Program-made: the position numbers and the translations under genes
The notes under the pieces: generated by a model
The model's database searches: none
Told to the model about the DNA's origin: nothing
What the model saw: the letters and a program-made list of their open reading frames with translations, nothing else
Shown here: positions 24,994-36,700 of the stretch, piece by piece
Layout of the letters: each line of letters starts with the position of its first letter
How positions within the stretch are numbered: position 1 is the first letter of the stretch
Source: Daphnia carinata
Taxonomy: Eukaryota
NCBI RefSeq assembly: GCF_022539665.2
Contig: NC_081333.1
Location: 7,378,001 to 7,442,000 of the forward strand
Reading direction: 5' to 3'
DNA: 64,000 bases

Positions 24994-26570
24994 ATGGCCG
25001 ACACACACGTTGAAACCAGGTGAGCATTTCTTTTTACTTGTCACACGTCGCATGTGAAAATGTTTCTTATGGCGCGTTCGATGACCGCGCACCAGCTCTC
25101 GCTTGGGAAAGAGGAAAGTTCGGGAAGGCGGCAAGATGGCGCCGGTGTGTGTTGGATGCCGGCCCGCTGCTGCAAGCTACATACAGGCGGTGTGTGTATA
25201 TGCCGTGTGTGTAGGATGTAACAGCGGAGCATGCGTCCTGTCAGCTTTTAAGTCGTGTCTCCCGTTCACGTTAGGAAAGGCGCTGATAAAACATAGTATT
25301 GATTTGCTTGTTGGAATCTAGGTAAGAGTTGCTCAGAATTTCTAAAAGAATGTTTCATATGTCATTGTCAGCAAACTTAGTCTGTCACGTTTTAGTTTCC
25401 TTTTATTTCAAAGCATTTGAATTCATTATGCCGGGTAGCTTACCGAATAGAGGGCCGATGCGTCAAATAGGTGAGGCGGAGGGGTGGAGGTATGAAGTAA
25501 AAGGGGAGGGGAAGAAAAAATTTTTACTGGCGGCCATCGTGGGTGCTTGTCTTGCTGTATATGTGCGCTCCGACGGAACAGCCTCGGGCTAAAAGTCTCT
25601 TAGCTTGGCTCGGTGCTTGCTTGAATGGCTGAATAACTCGGGAAATTCCTCGGATGTCAAGGTTATTGACCGGGTTTTCTTTTTATTCGCCTATGCGCGT
25701 GCGTATGTGTATAGAGGGAAAAAACATCTGCCGGGCTTGGAAATGCATACAGCGCCGCAGCCGGCGATTTGCCTTACGTTGATTGGCGGGGAAGGGTAGA
25801 CTAGTTTTCCCGCCAGCTGCCACGTGCATGTATGACATCGTATCTAATTTTTCTTTTGTTTTCGATTGTCTATTGTAGCAGCGACTTGAACCAGGACTCG
25901 TTAGACGGTGCTCAGGCTTCCGTCAGCGAAGTTGGATCAGCTGAAGAGTTTGAGAAGGAGAATACTGAAGATACGCCCTCTGGATCCCACGGTGAAGCCG
26001 ACGGTAACCAAAAAAAAGGCAACGACATTCACTATTTTCAAAAAGTTCTAACATGTATACGTTTCCCACGCATTGCGTTGAAGACGTACAATGTTTAGTT
26101 TTTACAAGTTCAATGAGTCAGCTGCGTGGTGAACGCGAAGTGATAGGTCTCTAATCGAGATTTGAACTTTTTAGGTGAAGCAGTTGATGGGACCAACGGA
26201 GAAGAGAGCCGTGAGGCCGAAGATGCTGCTGTTCCCGCTGATGCGGCCGCCGCGGCTGTTGTGACCGAAAACGGTGCAGTTGAAAGTGAACCCCACGTAA
26301 ATGGTAACGGAAAGTGCGATGAGAATGCTGAGGCAGACTGTAAGTTCTCGTGTACAATTGTAATTCAATTCAATTTTCCTATGATATTTTTTGAAATGTT
26401 TAGCCACGGAAGTTGATGGATCCGCTGCCGAAAAGAGGAAATCGATTGTCGAAGGAGAAGCATTGAGCATTTCGCCCAAGAAGGCCCGCGTCGAAGGCAC
26501 TGATGAAGATGTAATTGGCACAGAGGAGGCTGCCCTTCCCACTAACGGAAACCACGAGACTGTCGCGTAA
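24994..26570 (+). CDS. Small acidic disordered nuclear protein, Df31 (decondensation factor 31)-like, ~160 aa
   Basis: Exons 24994-25019, 25879(or 25882)-26003, 26175-26339 and 26404-26570 (483 nt). MAD start, E/D/A-rich, repeated (E/T)NG motifs, bipartite NLS KRK...SPKKAR, ends NGNHETVA. AATAAA at 26822. Confidence 0.8.
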
Positions 26571-27866
26571 ATGAAACAAAAACATCCGGCCCCCACTTTT
26601 CTCTCTATCTAAGTAACCCCCAAACCTACTCCCCTGTTTTACCTTATTTTTATTTTGGTAAGCAAGTTTCTCTCTTTGCACACTGTCTCTATGATTACGG
26701 ATCAACGGCCATCATTTGTTGATTCAAATATGTATCTCATCATCTTCATTTGACGTGGATTTTTTTTTCAACAAACAAAAAGCGCGCGCGTTCACTCATG
26801 TTGACTTAAACTGGAAGGGCAAATAAAGAATCAACTCAGGAAATTGTTTCACAATGTATTTTGAATCAACTTTTGATGGTCTCCGTTTTACCTTTACACG
26901 AACGAATAGGAATCTATTATGATATTCGTTGTCGGTCTAGGATAGATTTTGGCATTGTCGATTGATGCGAGCGTCATCTTAAGTAATCGGTTAAAATGTT
27001 CAAACCCCATAGCGCAAGTTTCTCACATCGACATATCCATGTTACGTTATGTATCCAGCTCACATTAAATCGTCTGATGAACGACTTTCTAAACACGGAC
27101 ATTTCTGCACTTCCGTTGCAATGGAATGCGCAATTTGTCGTTGACATAAAAGCGGTCCTTTTTTGTATTTTTGAAGACAAACACTTATTTAAAGATTGGT
27201 CGTTAACGTAAGACTTACCATCTACCGATCAGTTTCCTATGTTTGATTCTATCATCTTTTGGCGATGGCGATTCCATCTATTTTCATTAAACCTGGGTGT
27301 TGTGATTTCTTCCTTAGCTCTTTCCGACAAAAAGTTGCATCCATTCAAAAGTTCAAAAATTAGCGCGCGCTCTGCCGAAAAAGCTGCCCGCCACCTCTTC
27401 TATGTGTCCCTCGAGCACTTACTGTCGTGTCCATTTTCTAACTATCATTCATTTTTTGGAAGTCGTCTCATCGTTTGCGTTAACCTTTCGTCAACACCGA
27501 CAATATAGAAAAGCTCGGTCAAGAAGTTTTTCTTTTTCCTGCCAATACAGTTCTCTTCTTTCGATTTTCCCCCTCTTTTTATTCACCATACAGTTCGGTA
27601 TCTTCATACTTTTTATGTTATTTTTTCTATTCGTTTTGGTACCAGTCGCCTTCGGGTTTCAATAAACGGAATTGTACACTAAGTAGTATGTTTTTGTTCG
27701 TACTGTTTTACGTGTTTGCGGTTTCGAATTAGAACAGTCGGCAACAGGGCATACACAAGAGTAAGTCTGCTAAGCTTGGTCTTTGAAGGACGGTGATGTA
27801 TTGTATCGAGGCGAAGATTCAAATGACGCTATTTTTTAGTTCCTTTCAATTAAGGCAACTCAAAAG

Positions 27867-30800
27867 ATGAGTGTAAATTACAACAAAAAGAAGAAAGAAC
27901 GATATATTCGTAGGTCAAAGAGACCAAATGCACCTTCACTTCTATCCTCAGAAGAGGAATTAAGTGATAGAAGAAGTAGTAGTAGTACAGAATCATCCTG
28001 TAGACAAAAAGAAGATTCAAAAAGTCAAAGAAGTGCCAGAAAAGCATCAAAAAAGAGCTGGCAGGAAACACTTGCTCTACTTGACTGCCATTTTTCAGGT
28101 TCATCTTCGGATGAAGAGTGGAACAAAATAATTCACAACAATAGTTCAAGTGACAGTGATCTGGATTGGAACCCTATGCAGAAGACTCAGGTTTTTACAC
28201 CTACCAATACTAACATCTTTAATTGTTAAACAACAGCAATAAGTCCTAAGATGTATATGTAATTTACAGTCTAGGTCATCAGCCCATCCTAAGCTGACAA
28301 ATATTGTTATGAAGAGACCCTTACCAGAAACTGCTCATCCACCAGCTCTAGTTGCGGAACCACATTTCAAGGCCTCAGATGATAACGAGCCTTCCACACC
28401 CTCAAAGTTGATGGCAATTGATAGTGAAGCAAACAAGTGTGGTTTGAAATCTCTTCCTCCACAAATACTTAAAGCACAACCAATTTCATTAGGTGGTACA
28501 ACAGAACAAAATTTACTTAAAGAGGGACAAACCTCTCCCACAATTATGAAAAACAGAGAGAGCACTGAGGGTGCTTGTCTACCAATTCTAAAACTAGGCA
28601 ACAATTTGGAGGTTATAAACAATCAGGAGTCCATACCTTCTACAAGGACTCCTAAACTCAAGGCAACTTACAAGAAAACAGAAAACAGAAGATGTGATCA
28701 ACAACAGGGAAATCCTTGTTGTTCACCAGTAAAAGTTACAGTGAATCCAACATCATTGTCTAGCAGTGAAGAAATTCTCATTTCAGTATCTTCACCAGGT
28801 CCACCAGAGCTAATACCCATTTTTGAGAAATTTAAAAGGGATAGTCCAGAATCTCCGTCTGTATCATCCATGGAAGAAGGACAAAACATAATCCCTAATA
28901 GTAACGAAGATGAGACTTCAGAATCTTCACTGCCACCTCCAAAGTTGACCGTCAAAAATAAAAAACGTGGCAGGCAAAAATCCGTAGAACAAGTTCTCGA
29001 AGAAATATCAAGCAGTCCATTGGAAGAAGCCCAGGCTGTCGCACGTTCCTCAGAACCTCCAAAACTAATGACGAAAATTAAACAACCAAAGAAGCGCACG
29101 CATAAATATTCTCAGCCACCAGTTTTAGAAGCGGATCCTACGGCAGTAATACCCAATGAAGAGCAGCAGATCTCAGTTCTGTCTCCAACATTCCCAGAAT
29201 TTGGAACTAATGTTAAGAAATCGAAGATCAAGAATAAGAAATCAACTCAGTCGCTGACCTTAAAAAAACCAGAACTCGTCTCACAGGTTTCGAAAATTCA
29301 AACTTCCACATCTTCCATGGCACCCCTGGAGCCGATGTTAACTGCTTGTAGAAAGGTAGAAAGAAGCAGCTCACAATTACAGCATTTAGCAACGCAAGAC
29401 GCTGTGTGTATCTCAAAGATGCCTGAGAAAGAACAGGTTTCGAAACCCCCCCTCCCAACACCCTCTAAATCGATGACGATTGCAAAAAGAAAAAAGCTTA
29501 CTCCAGAATTTTCTCAACTGCCAATTTTAAAAGTTATGCCCACGGTACCAACGAGTGACGAAGTCAGCCTTTCTATGCCACCGCCGTCAGAGCTACCCAC
29601 AGAATGTTCTCTTTCGTTCGCAGGAATAATCCCGCACAATGCTAGTCTTTTAGAAAAGGGATTTGATGTACGTTGTTTTTTTGCCTAATTGAGATAAGTT
29701 GCAATTCAAATGTTAAAACATTCATTGTTGTTTACAGAGTGGAAAGTTTATCATGTTGAAATCGGACTTAAAAACTCAAAAATCTCCTAGTATATGGAGA
29801 ATAGACGGGAAGAACCTACTTCAAAAATACGAATCAATTTCCTACAATGATGGGGTTGCTTATCGCAATATCTCTACTGTAAGAGTTATTATTTTTTCAC
29901 GTTTTCATATGCATTACTTTTCCTGTATTCTTCATTAGTATTCCAGTTGGATGGCATCAAATAGAGGCCTTTACGTTCCGATCGAAGTGGAATTCTCCGT
30001 CCAAAGTAAATCTGAAACTATTGTCACTTTTAACCGAAATAAAGTCATGCTTCCAGTTGAGTAAGTAGAGTTAAAACAAAACAATTGTTTCTTACACGAT
30101 TCCTAAACACCCATCCGTTTATAGGGACGGAATGATGGAAGCGTTGAATGAAGAGGCGAATTCGATAATGGATACATTTCAAATATACTTACAAACCCTA
30201 ATGTCTCAAGCGTTGGATTCCAACTTTGTAAAAGAAATTGTCAAGGAACAAGGTATAAAACGTATAAACGTTCGTCTTTACATGGTTTCATCGCCGTTTA
30301 ATACCATTTTGTTCAGATGACTACTTCTTGACCAGCATTGCGGCAGTTGAAGATCATTGGATTCTGCCCAAGAGAAATATGTTAAAAGAAATAATTAAAA
30401 TGAAGAAACCTTTTCAGGTTAGTAATTATTCTTTTCCTGTTACCGTACATCATCAACGAATCTTGCTTTTTCTAGGAATTAATAGAGACTCACCCGGGGT
30501 TAGAATTACGCTGCGTGACTTCTGGAGACAAATCGTGTGACAGCTGCAATGGACGTAACCCTACGAGAAGTTTCGAATTTCATCCGCTAAGTTACAGCTT
30601 TGACACGCTCGATATAATGGAAGGCAAGCCTTCGAATAAGGTACAGTGAATTCACTGCATTATTCATTTATGAATTATGGGACTTGACCAATATTTTCTA
30701 CAGACGTATCGGTTATGTCTTTCGTGTACTGATCGAATTCTCCTCTACCATGAGCTCTTCCATATGCGGTATCATCTCTTCATTTGCTGCCAGAAAAAGG

Positions 30801-30955
30801 TTAACCAATATGATCAAAGAGACGGTCCAGCTGCATTGACCGCTTCATTAGCTGATCAGGCGTGGAAGTCCCTCATGCATCGAAGAGTATTACTCGTGTT
30901 AGCTGAAACGCAGCAGGTCATCAGCCACTATTCAGCGGGTGCTTGTGTTGTTTGA
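27867..30955 (+). CDS. QSER1/PRR12-like protein with a C-terminal DUF4211-type region, ~876 aa
   Basis: Exons 27867-28190, 28270-29667, 29738-29878, 29939-30060, 30125-30252, 30317-30417, 30476-30640 and 30704-30955 (2631 nt in frame). Long S/P/K-rich disordered N-terminus, then WRIDGKNLLQKY, FQIYLQTLMSQALDSNF...DDYFL and CDSC...CLSC...YHELFHMRYHLF. The start codon is uncertain. Confidence 0.8.
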
Positions 30956-31283
30956 AAGCATGTTTGGTGAATGTGACTCTACCGTGTTGATTGTTTGGTG
31001 CCGTAGCCGTTTTCTTTGTTATAGTAGTGTTGATCACACGTGACTATAGAGGATGACAAAATGCCCTTCTAATTTTGCTTTTGGGTGCAATAGATAAAAT
31101 TAAGTTGTTTTAATTCCTATATAAATGAAAACCGTGAAAAAGACTGAAAGATGAACAGTATTTCTGTATTTCTATGACAAATTACAAGATCATGTATCAC
31201 TTGAAAAAATAGACAATATGTGACGAATAAACAAGAAGTACATAAATTAGATGTGAAAGATCGGACATAAAGTTGCATTGGGA

Positions 31284-32522
31284 TTACACACAATCCCATG
31301 TTGAAAGCCAATCAGGTTCCTGCATATCTTCTTCACATATAGGGGAACCAGAAATACTATTTGTATTTTCGACATAGTCGACGATTTCTTCAGACTTGCA
31401 AAACGGCGACGCTGGACATTCCATTGCTCTTTCCAATAAATCATTGTTACATTCTCTAATTTCCGGAAAAGATTTAGCAAGTTCGCTAGAGAAGTCTACG
31501 ATAGTTTGAGTTTCGAACGACATTAGACTGTCAATAATCTTTTCATCTAAGTTGTCGCCATCGTCTGAAGCCTCAACGTATTGTAGCAGATCAAAGTCAT
31601 CGGTTTCAGTTTTTGTAGGAAATGGCAAGTTTTTCGCATGAACATCTTCACTTTCCAACACAGCTTTAGTAAGCCAATTTAGAATGTCAATATTTCCTTC
31701 TGCTTCCTTCATTGCTATGGTGGGTACTTCTGAGACCGCTGTGTTGGCGACTGTGCGTCGTTTAATGGGCAGTTTTTTAACTGTTGGAATGGGGTGAAGT
31801 ATTGGCTGTGAATGTCGGCCTTGGTAAACCTTTTCAGTTTGTTTGACTTTAAGTGGACTGCAGGGGATTGCAGAACCAGCATCAGGTGTAGAAGCAGTTT
31901 CAAAACCATAGATGGAGTGTAACCCTGTCCCTGCGGCAGAGGTCCATTAATGAGTGCGGCTGACTCAACAGGATACACAATCCTTTCCATTGATTTGGGA
32001 ACTGGATCTTCTAGTACACTGTGGTGGTTGCCTGTCAACCTAGCATTTTCAGCTAGAAGTCGCTGGTTTTCAGCTCTGAGGTGATTGTTCTGTCAGTGCA
32101 ACCAATTATTTATTAATAAGATTGTGCCAATGCTTTCAAAATAGCTTCATTACCTCTGCTGTAAGGTTATTAACAAGTTCTTCCAGTTCATCCATTTTGG
32201 CTTTCTTTTTATCTCGGGCAGTTTGTGCTGCAACTCTATTTTTCAGTTTTCTAGAAGTGAATGAATGTTTTACAAGAGTTGCCTTTAGGAATAATAGCAT
32301 CATTTGGCATTGTTACCTCCTCAAGAACTTTTCTTGTTCAGTCATGTGATCAAGCCTCTGCCTTTTTCTTGTGGGTTGTTTTTGAGAATTATCTTCTCCA
32401 TTTGTTTCACACTCAACTTCTGAACCTTCTCCTGTTGAAGAAGATGAACTATAAGCAAGTTGATGGGCTTCAGCAAGGTTCAACGCAGCCTGGCTGCCTG
32501 GTTGTATCACGATGATTTGCAT
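31284..32522 (-). CDS. XBP1: X-box binding protein 1 (bZIP): unspliced 225 aa (stop at 31715), IRE1-spliced 361 aa (stop at 31284)
   Basis: Exons 32317-32522, 32154-32250 and 32089 downward. bZIP RKRQRLDHMTEQEKFLRRKLKNRVAAQTARDKKKAKMDELE; ESAA motif at the IRE1 site. The unspliced frame carries an HR2-like hydrophobic MVLKLLLHLMLVL segment; the spliced frame is open into an acidic domain (MKEAEG...). Confidence 0.96.
31937..31959 (-). other. 23-nt unconventional IRE1-excised intron of XBP1 mRNA
   Basis: Two stem-loops with CNG|CNGN loops: TGAGT-[CAG|CCGC]-ACTCA and CCT-[CTG|CCGC]-AGG. Removing CCGCACTCATTAATGGACCTCTG joins the bZIP frame to the ORF ending at 31284. Confidence 0.95.
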
Positions 32523-32707
32523 GCTGGCGACGACTTGATGGTTCCTTAATAAGGTACACACAATTTTTGTTTCACAATTAGAATTTGGAACAAGGACGAT
32601 ATTTTTGTTGTACTAGTAAAACGATGAAATCGAGAGAGCGAATCTTTGAAGTAAACATTTCTCAGAGCTAAAATTCAAATGTCTAGAAAAGTCTCGATCA
32701 CTTCTGA

Positions 32708-32805
32708 TTTTATAAAGACCCTTTTCACAATGACGTCATTGGATTTGAACCAATGGGTGCGCTACAACAGCACAAGGGGCGGATGCATATTTGTGCTGAT
32801 GCAAT
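32708..32805 (-). promoter_or_regulatory. XBP1 proximal promoter: TATA, CRE, CCAAT x2, GC box, C/EBP-ATF element
   Basis: TATAAAA (-) at 32708-32714, TGACGTCA at 32731-32738, CCAAT at 32738-32742 (-) and 32750-32754 (+), GGGGCGGA at 32776-32783, TGATGCAAT at 32797-32805. Confidence 0.65.
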
Positions 32806-33190
32806 GTCCCTTTAACTGGAGTCATAAGACAATTTGAAAGTGTAAATAGCACAAAGCAAATAGAAATATTCAAAAAGGTAAATATACGATGAATTTATCG
32901 GTCTCACATCCCATAATGTACACCAAAAATTTCTCAATTGTCTGTTTTGTTTGGCTTAAATAAAAAGCAGAGTCGGGAACTAGAAAAGTTACGTCAGCCA
33001 CCCTCAATCTGATGAAACTGAGAACGAAACTGTAGCAAAGGTACGTAATTCACGAAAAAGTAAATCTCGAAAAAGTATTACAGGAATAGAAGCTAAGATG
33101 GGATATATGGGCAAATTGTACCAACTAGACTAGTTATTTTTTTTTTAATGGAAGGTAATACTCAATACTGAGTACTGGGGCCTTTCACCT

Positions 33191-33773
33191 TCATTTGGGA
33201 GCAAAACAACGTCGACAGACGTAATCTGAATCTTTAGCCAGAGTCGTCATAGTATCGTCTGCGCCTCTTGTCGCTACCAGTTGACGCCTCAATACTAAAT
33301 GTTGAAAAAAAAATCATTATGTAAGCCCTAGGAAAATAATAATTACCTTAAAAATAAGTGTACGTAGTCGTACGTCTTGGCAACAGCGAGCAAGGCCACA
33401 TAAAAAAGGAAAAGACGGTAGGTAAACATCTGTATGCATATGTTCATTTTAAACATACCTTCAGGCCAACTGGTAACATAAAAGAGTTTATGACCTTCAG
33501 AGTGGCTTGCAGGTAACGTCATCACTTTTATCCCCCTATAGCGAATCACGTACGAAATGTGAAATTGCTCGACTAGTTCAACCTTCTGAAAATCTTCTGA
33601 AAATATTAGATTCTTACTTTCCAATTGAGGGAACGTCATGCAATCTTCTGCAATAACTCACTGTTTTCCCTTTCTTTTCTCGTGCAAAGGAAAGGTACAG
33701 CTTTCCTAAGATACTTCGGGATCTCCCTTTTCCCTTTTGTTCGAAGAAAAACCGTCACCGTGAATTTCAGCAT
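33191..33773 (-). CDS. Candidate 3-exon orphan gene, 117 aa, no recognised domain
   Basis: Exons 33662-33773, 33459-33596 and 33191-33294. Donors gtgagt and gtatgt, acceptors ttcag and tttag; phases are compatible (354 nt). It could equally be a lncRNA or part of a longer transcript. Confidence 0.3.
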
Positions 33774-36700
33774 CACGCGGATGCCACAGTTAAACGAGGT
33801 TTTTTTCCTCACCGCTGAGCGATTTGCAATTTTCCAAGTTCAAACTTGCTGTAAAAAATTCACAATTGTGGATAGTGAAAAAGAAAATATTGTTCTGTCA
33901 GTTGAAAGATATTACTGGGAATGTACAGCGTGGAAAAACGTTAAACAGTTTTATAGGGGAAAGTTCTACTCTGAATTCGCTTTGATTTTCGGCGTTGAGT
34001 AGACATGGTCGATAGATTTTCTTTCTCACTAGCTGACTCGTCGAAGCATTCAACCATAATTATAGGCGTCATGTTATAAGGTTTCCATGCTAGAGTTAAT
34101 CAGATACAACCTTTTTGCGTTTCGCTGAGGCATATGCGGCGAAGCAGCTGCATTCGCAACATTTCAGCTTCGATCACTTGTCGCCCTCATGTAAGCACAT
34201 TGATACTTTGTGTAAACGATGGCCAGGAATAGTGTGAAACATTTTTCTTTCTTATAAGTTTTCTGTTCAACCATCGTAAGCGTCACCTGCTTGTAACATC
34301 GATCATAGCTTCTACGAACTGAGCGCATTCAACCATGTAATTTTCCAATCTGTGCGCGACTGTGCCTATAAAAGTTGCAGTTCACCCTAACGTGATCGTT
34401 ATTTACTGTATGGCAAACTACATGGTTGAAAATTTTCTAGTCAATCGCACATATAGTGTACAGGTCAGTTATGTAAACTCTGAATGTCAGCGAAGAAAAA
34501 GAAAGATAAAAAAGAAGGTGTTTTCCAAAAAGCTTATATCACTCGAGTTACTTTATGTTTAAAAGATTCCCACACATGCATTCAGAAACGAAAATCTATT
34601 CCGAGTGTGCATGTCTGTTTGCGGGACGCTAAGTACCAAGTTTATTTGGACATCGATAGCGAGGTCTAATGACCTAGTCTCGTTCTCCGTTTAGAGGGTT
34701 GATATGGGACCCTCTTTCTTTTCGCCATTTCCTTTGATTACCGCAAACTTGATTACCTTCGCTTTCGGAAAGCACGCATGCAACTATGCGGCGCCCAAAG
34801 TGATCTGTGTTATTATTTCTCTTATTTTCTTTTCAGTTCCCATTATGGGTGTGATGTATGACAGAAAAATCTTGACGCAACGCACTAATAAGAAAGATGG
34901 TCGTCAAATAACCATTACGTCTTCCGCTATACGCGCGCCCTGATTCAATAACCACTAGCAAATTGCAAACGTGTGATTCACATTAAGCACGTACCGAATG
35001 ATGGCTTGATTGCGTCAAAAATCTATTTCTATTTTAGCAATTTCTTAGTCATTTAAATTTGATGTGTTCGTGATTAATTCTTTTAACTACTATTTAAAAA
35101 TCAAATGGGTTTCTGCGTAGTGCGTAGATGGCATACGTAGTGCGCAAATCGCCCAGTCGTTTCACGAAATAATTCCAAACTTGCTGAGGAGTTTTTTCAT
35201 GAAGCTTGAATTTCAGTTACCACTCGTTCCATTGTTTTTACGTACTGTTTAAGCACAATGACCCAGAGTACATCCTGCCGTACAAGTCCTGTAAAGAGAA
35301 CGGATACCATATGAGCTTTCCGGTCTGTGTGCTGCATAACACTGTATGCCTAGTGCAAAAAACAAAGCTAATTGAATGAGCTCACCGCTCCAAAATGATG
35401 CCTAGTATGTACACACGCTCTGTTGACGTGCCCAAATGGGACAATAACGCACTGCCGTCGAATAGTTTTCCCATCCCGTGAAAGTTTCCATATGCTTAAA
35501 ATCTACTTGGTTTGATTCCCAGAGGTGCGTGTCACGGGTCTTAAAAAGTTTTTTAGACTGAGAATAATCGATCGTTCAGAAGGCCACATAGAATAGGACG
35601 GGCCAAAAAGTACATCAATCCATGAAAAATGTCAACAACATTGTTTTTTTTTTTTTTTTGCCCACGATATCAGTTTCAGACTGACGTTTCCAGACATGTT
35701 ACGTAATCTGATTTAAATAAGAGGATAGTTTAGTCAAAACTATTCAAAAACGAATCAGTTATGTAGCGTCATGGACGCATTCGAATCGTAACCACAGTAA
35801 TTTTAGGCTCGATCATTTAGCGTCGTAATCGGTTCTTTTTTTAACGCACTCCTATATATTTATGCGTGGGTTCTACTCCTGTAAATCACTTTGGAATGAT
35901 ATAGAGTCTTAACCAAACGTAACTACGTAAAACGCAGATACCGCAGGAAAAAAACCTCCTTCGATCCTAATGTATAAAAATGAAATAGGTTAGGCGAACC
36001 AATCAAAAGGAATGGATGAGCAGCAATTTCTTTTTGCGTCGACATCTTACCCGCTCATTATTTTCGTCTTTTCGGTCTAAAATAACATTTGATTAGTCAT
36101 GTGAGGAGGTACTGTCCGTACATGATACAGATTTTACTACTTGGTTGTATAGACATGTTTTCCAAAATATTTGAACAAACCCAACGACTATGGCGTAGCA
36201 GCACTTTAATCAATAATGTTGAACCAATTTCGCCTTCTATTTTGACAACATCGAACAGTACACATGCCTGTGCTCTTCACACAAATAAAGTGTCTCATAT
36301 AAGTGGAAATTCAATAACGGTGTTTGCGTCGTGTTTTACAGCAGGGAAAGACACGAGTGTCATTTCCAACTTTGGTTCAAATAAACAAATCTGGCATCGA
36401 GCTATGGCGTGCAGTCAACAAACTACAACTGTCACATCAGTGCTGCAGCTATTATGGCATTCCTACTTAAGTGTCCGGAGAGGCTCCAACATTATTATCT
36501 CAATCCTGGAATTCTGTTGGGGCTCCGTGCCATTCTAATATATGGTTACGCCTGTGCATAACTAAGCATGAAAATCTAAGAAAAGGTAAATTTTGCGCAG
36601 CAGTCTTTTATTGTTTTTCTTGTTATAAATGTCTACTCGAGTTAAGTGTTTCGAGATCATTAAGATTATCACCATTGTTCAGTTTTACTGTCTTCATTAG

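Noticed and set aside
26751..26758. UPRE-like TGACGTGG near XBP1
   Set aside because: It lies in the 3' UTR of the Df31-like gene, and a single 8-mer is expected by chance.
28335..29099. Antisense ORFs over the DUF4211 large exon (similar ones lie over NELL, GRK and TBX1 exons)
   Set aside because: Expected shadows of coding sequence.
36089..36538. 149-aa plus-strand ORF
   Set aside because: It starts at a non-ATG codon, has no recognisable motif and no convincing splice context. The opposite strand has stops.
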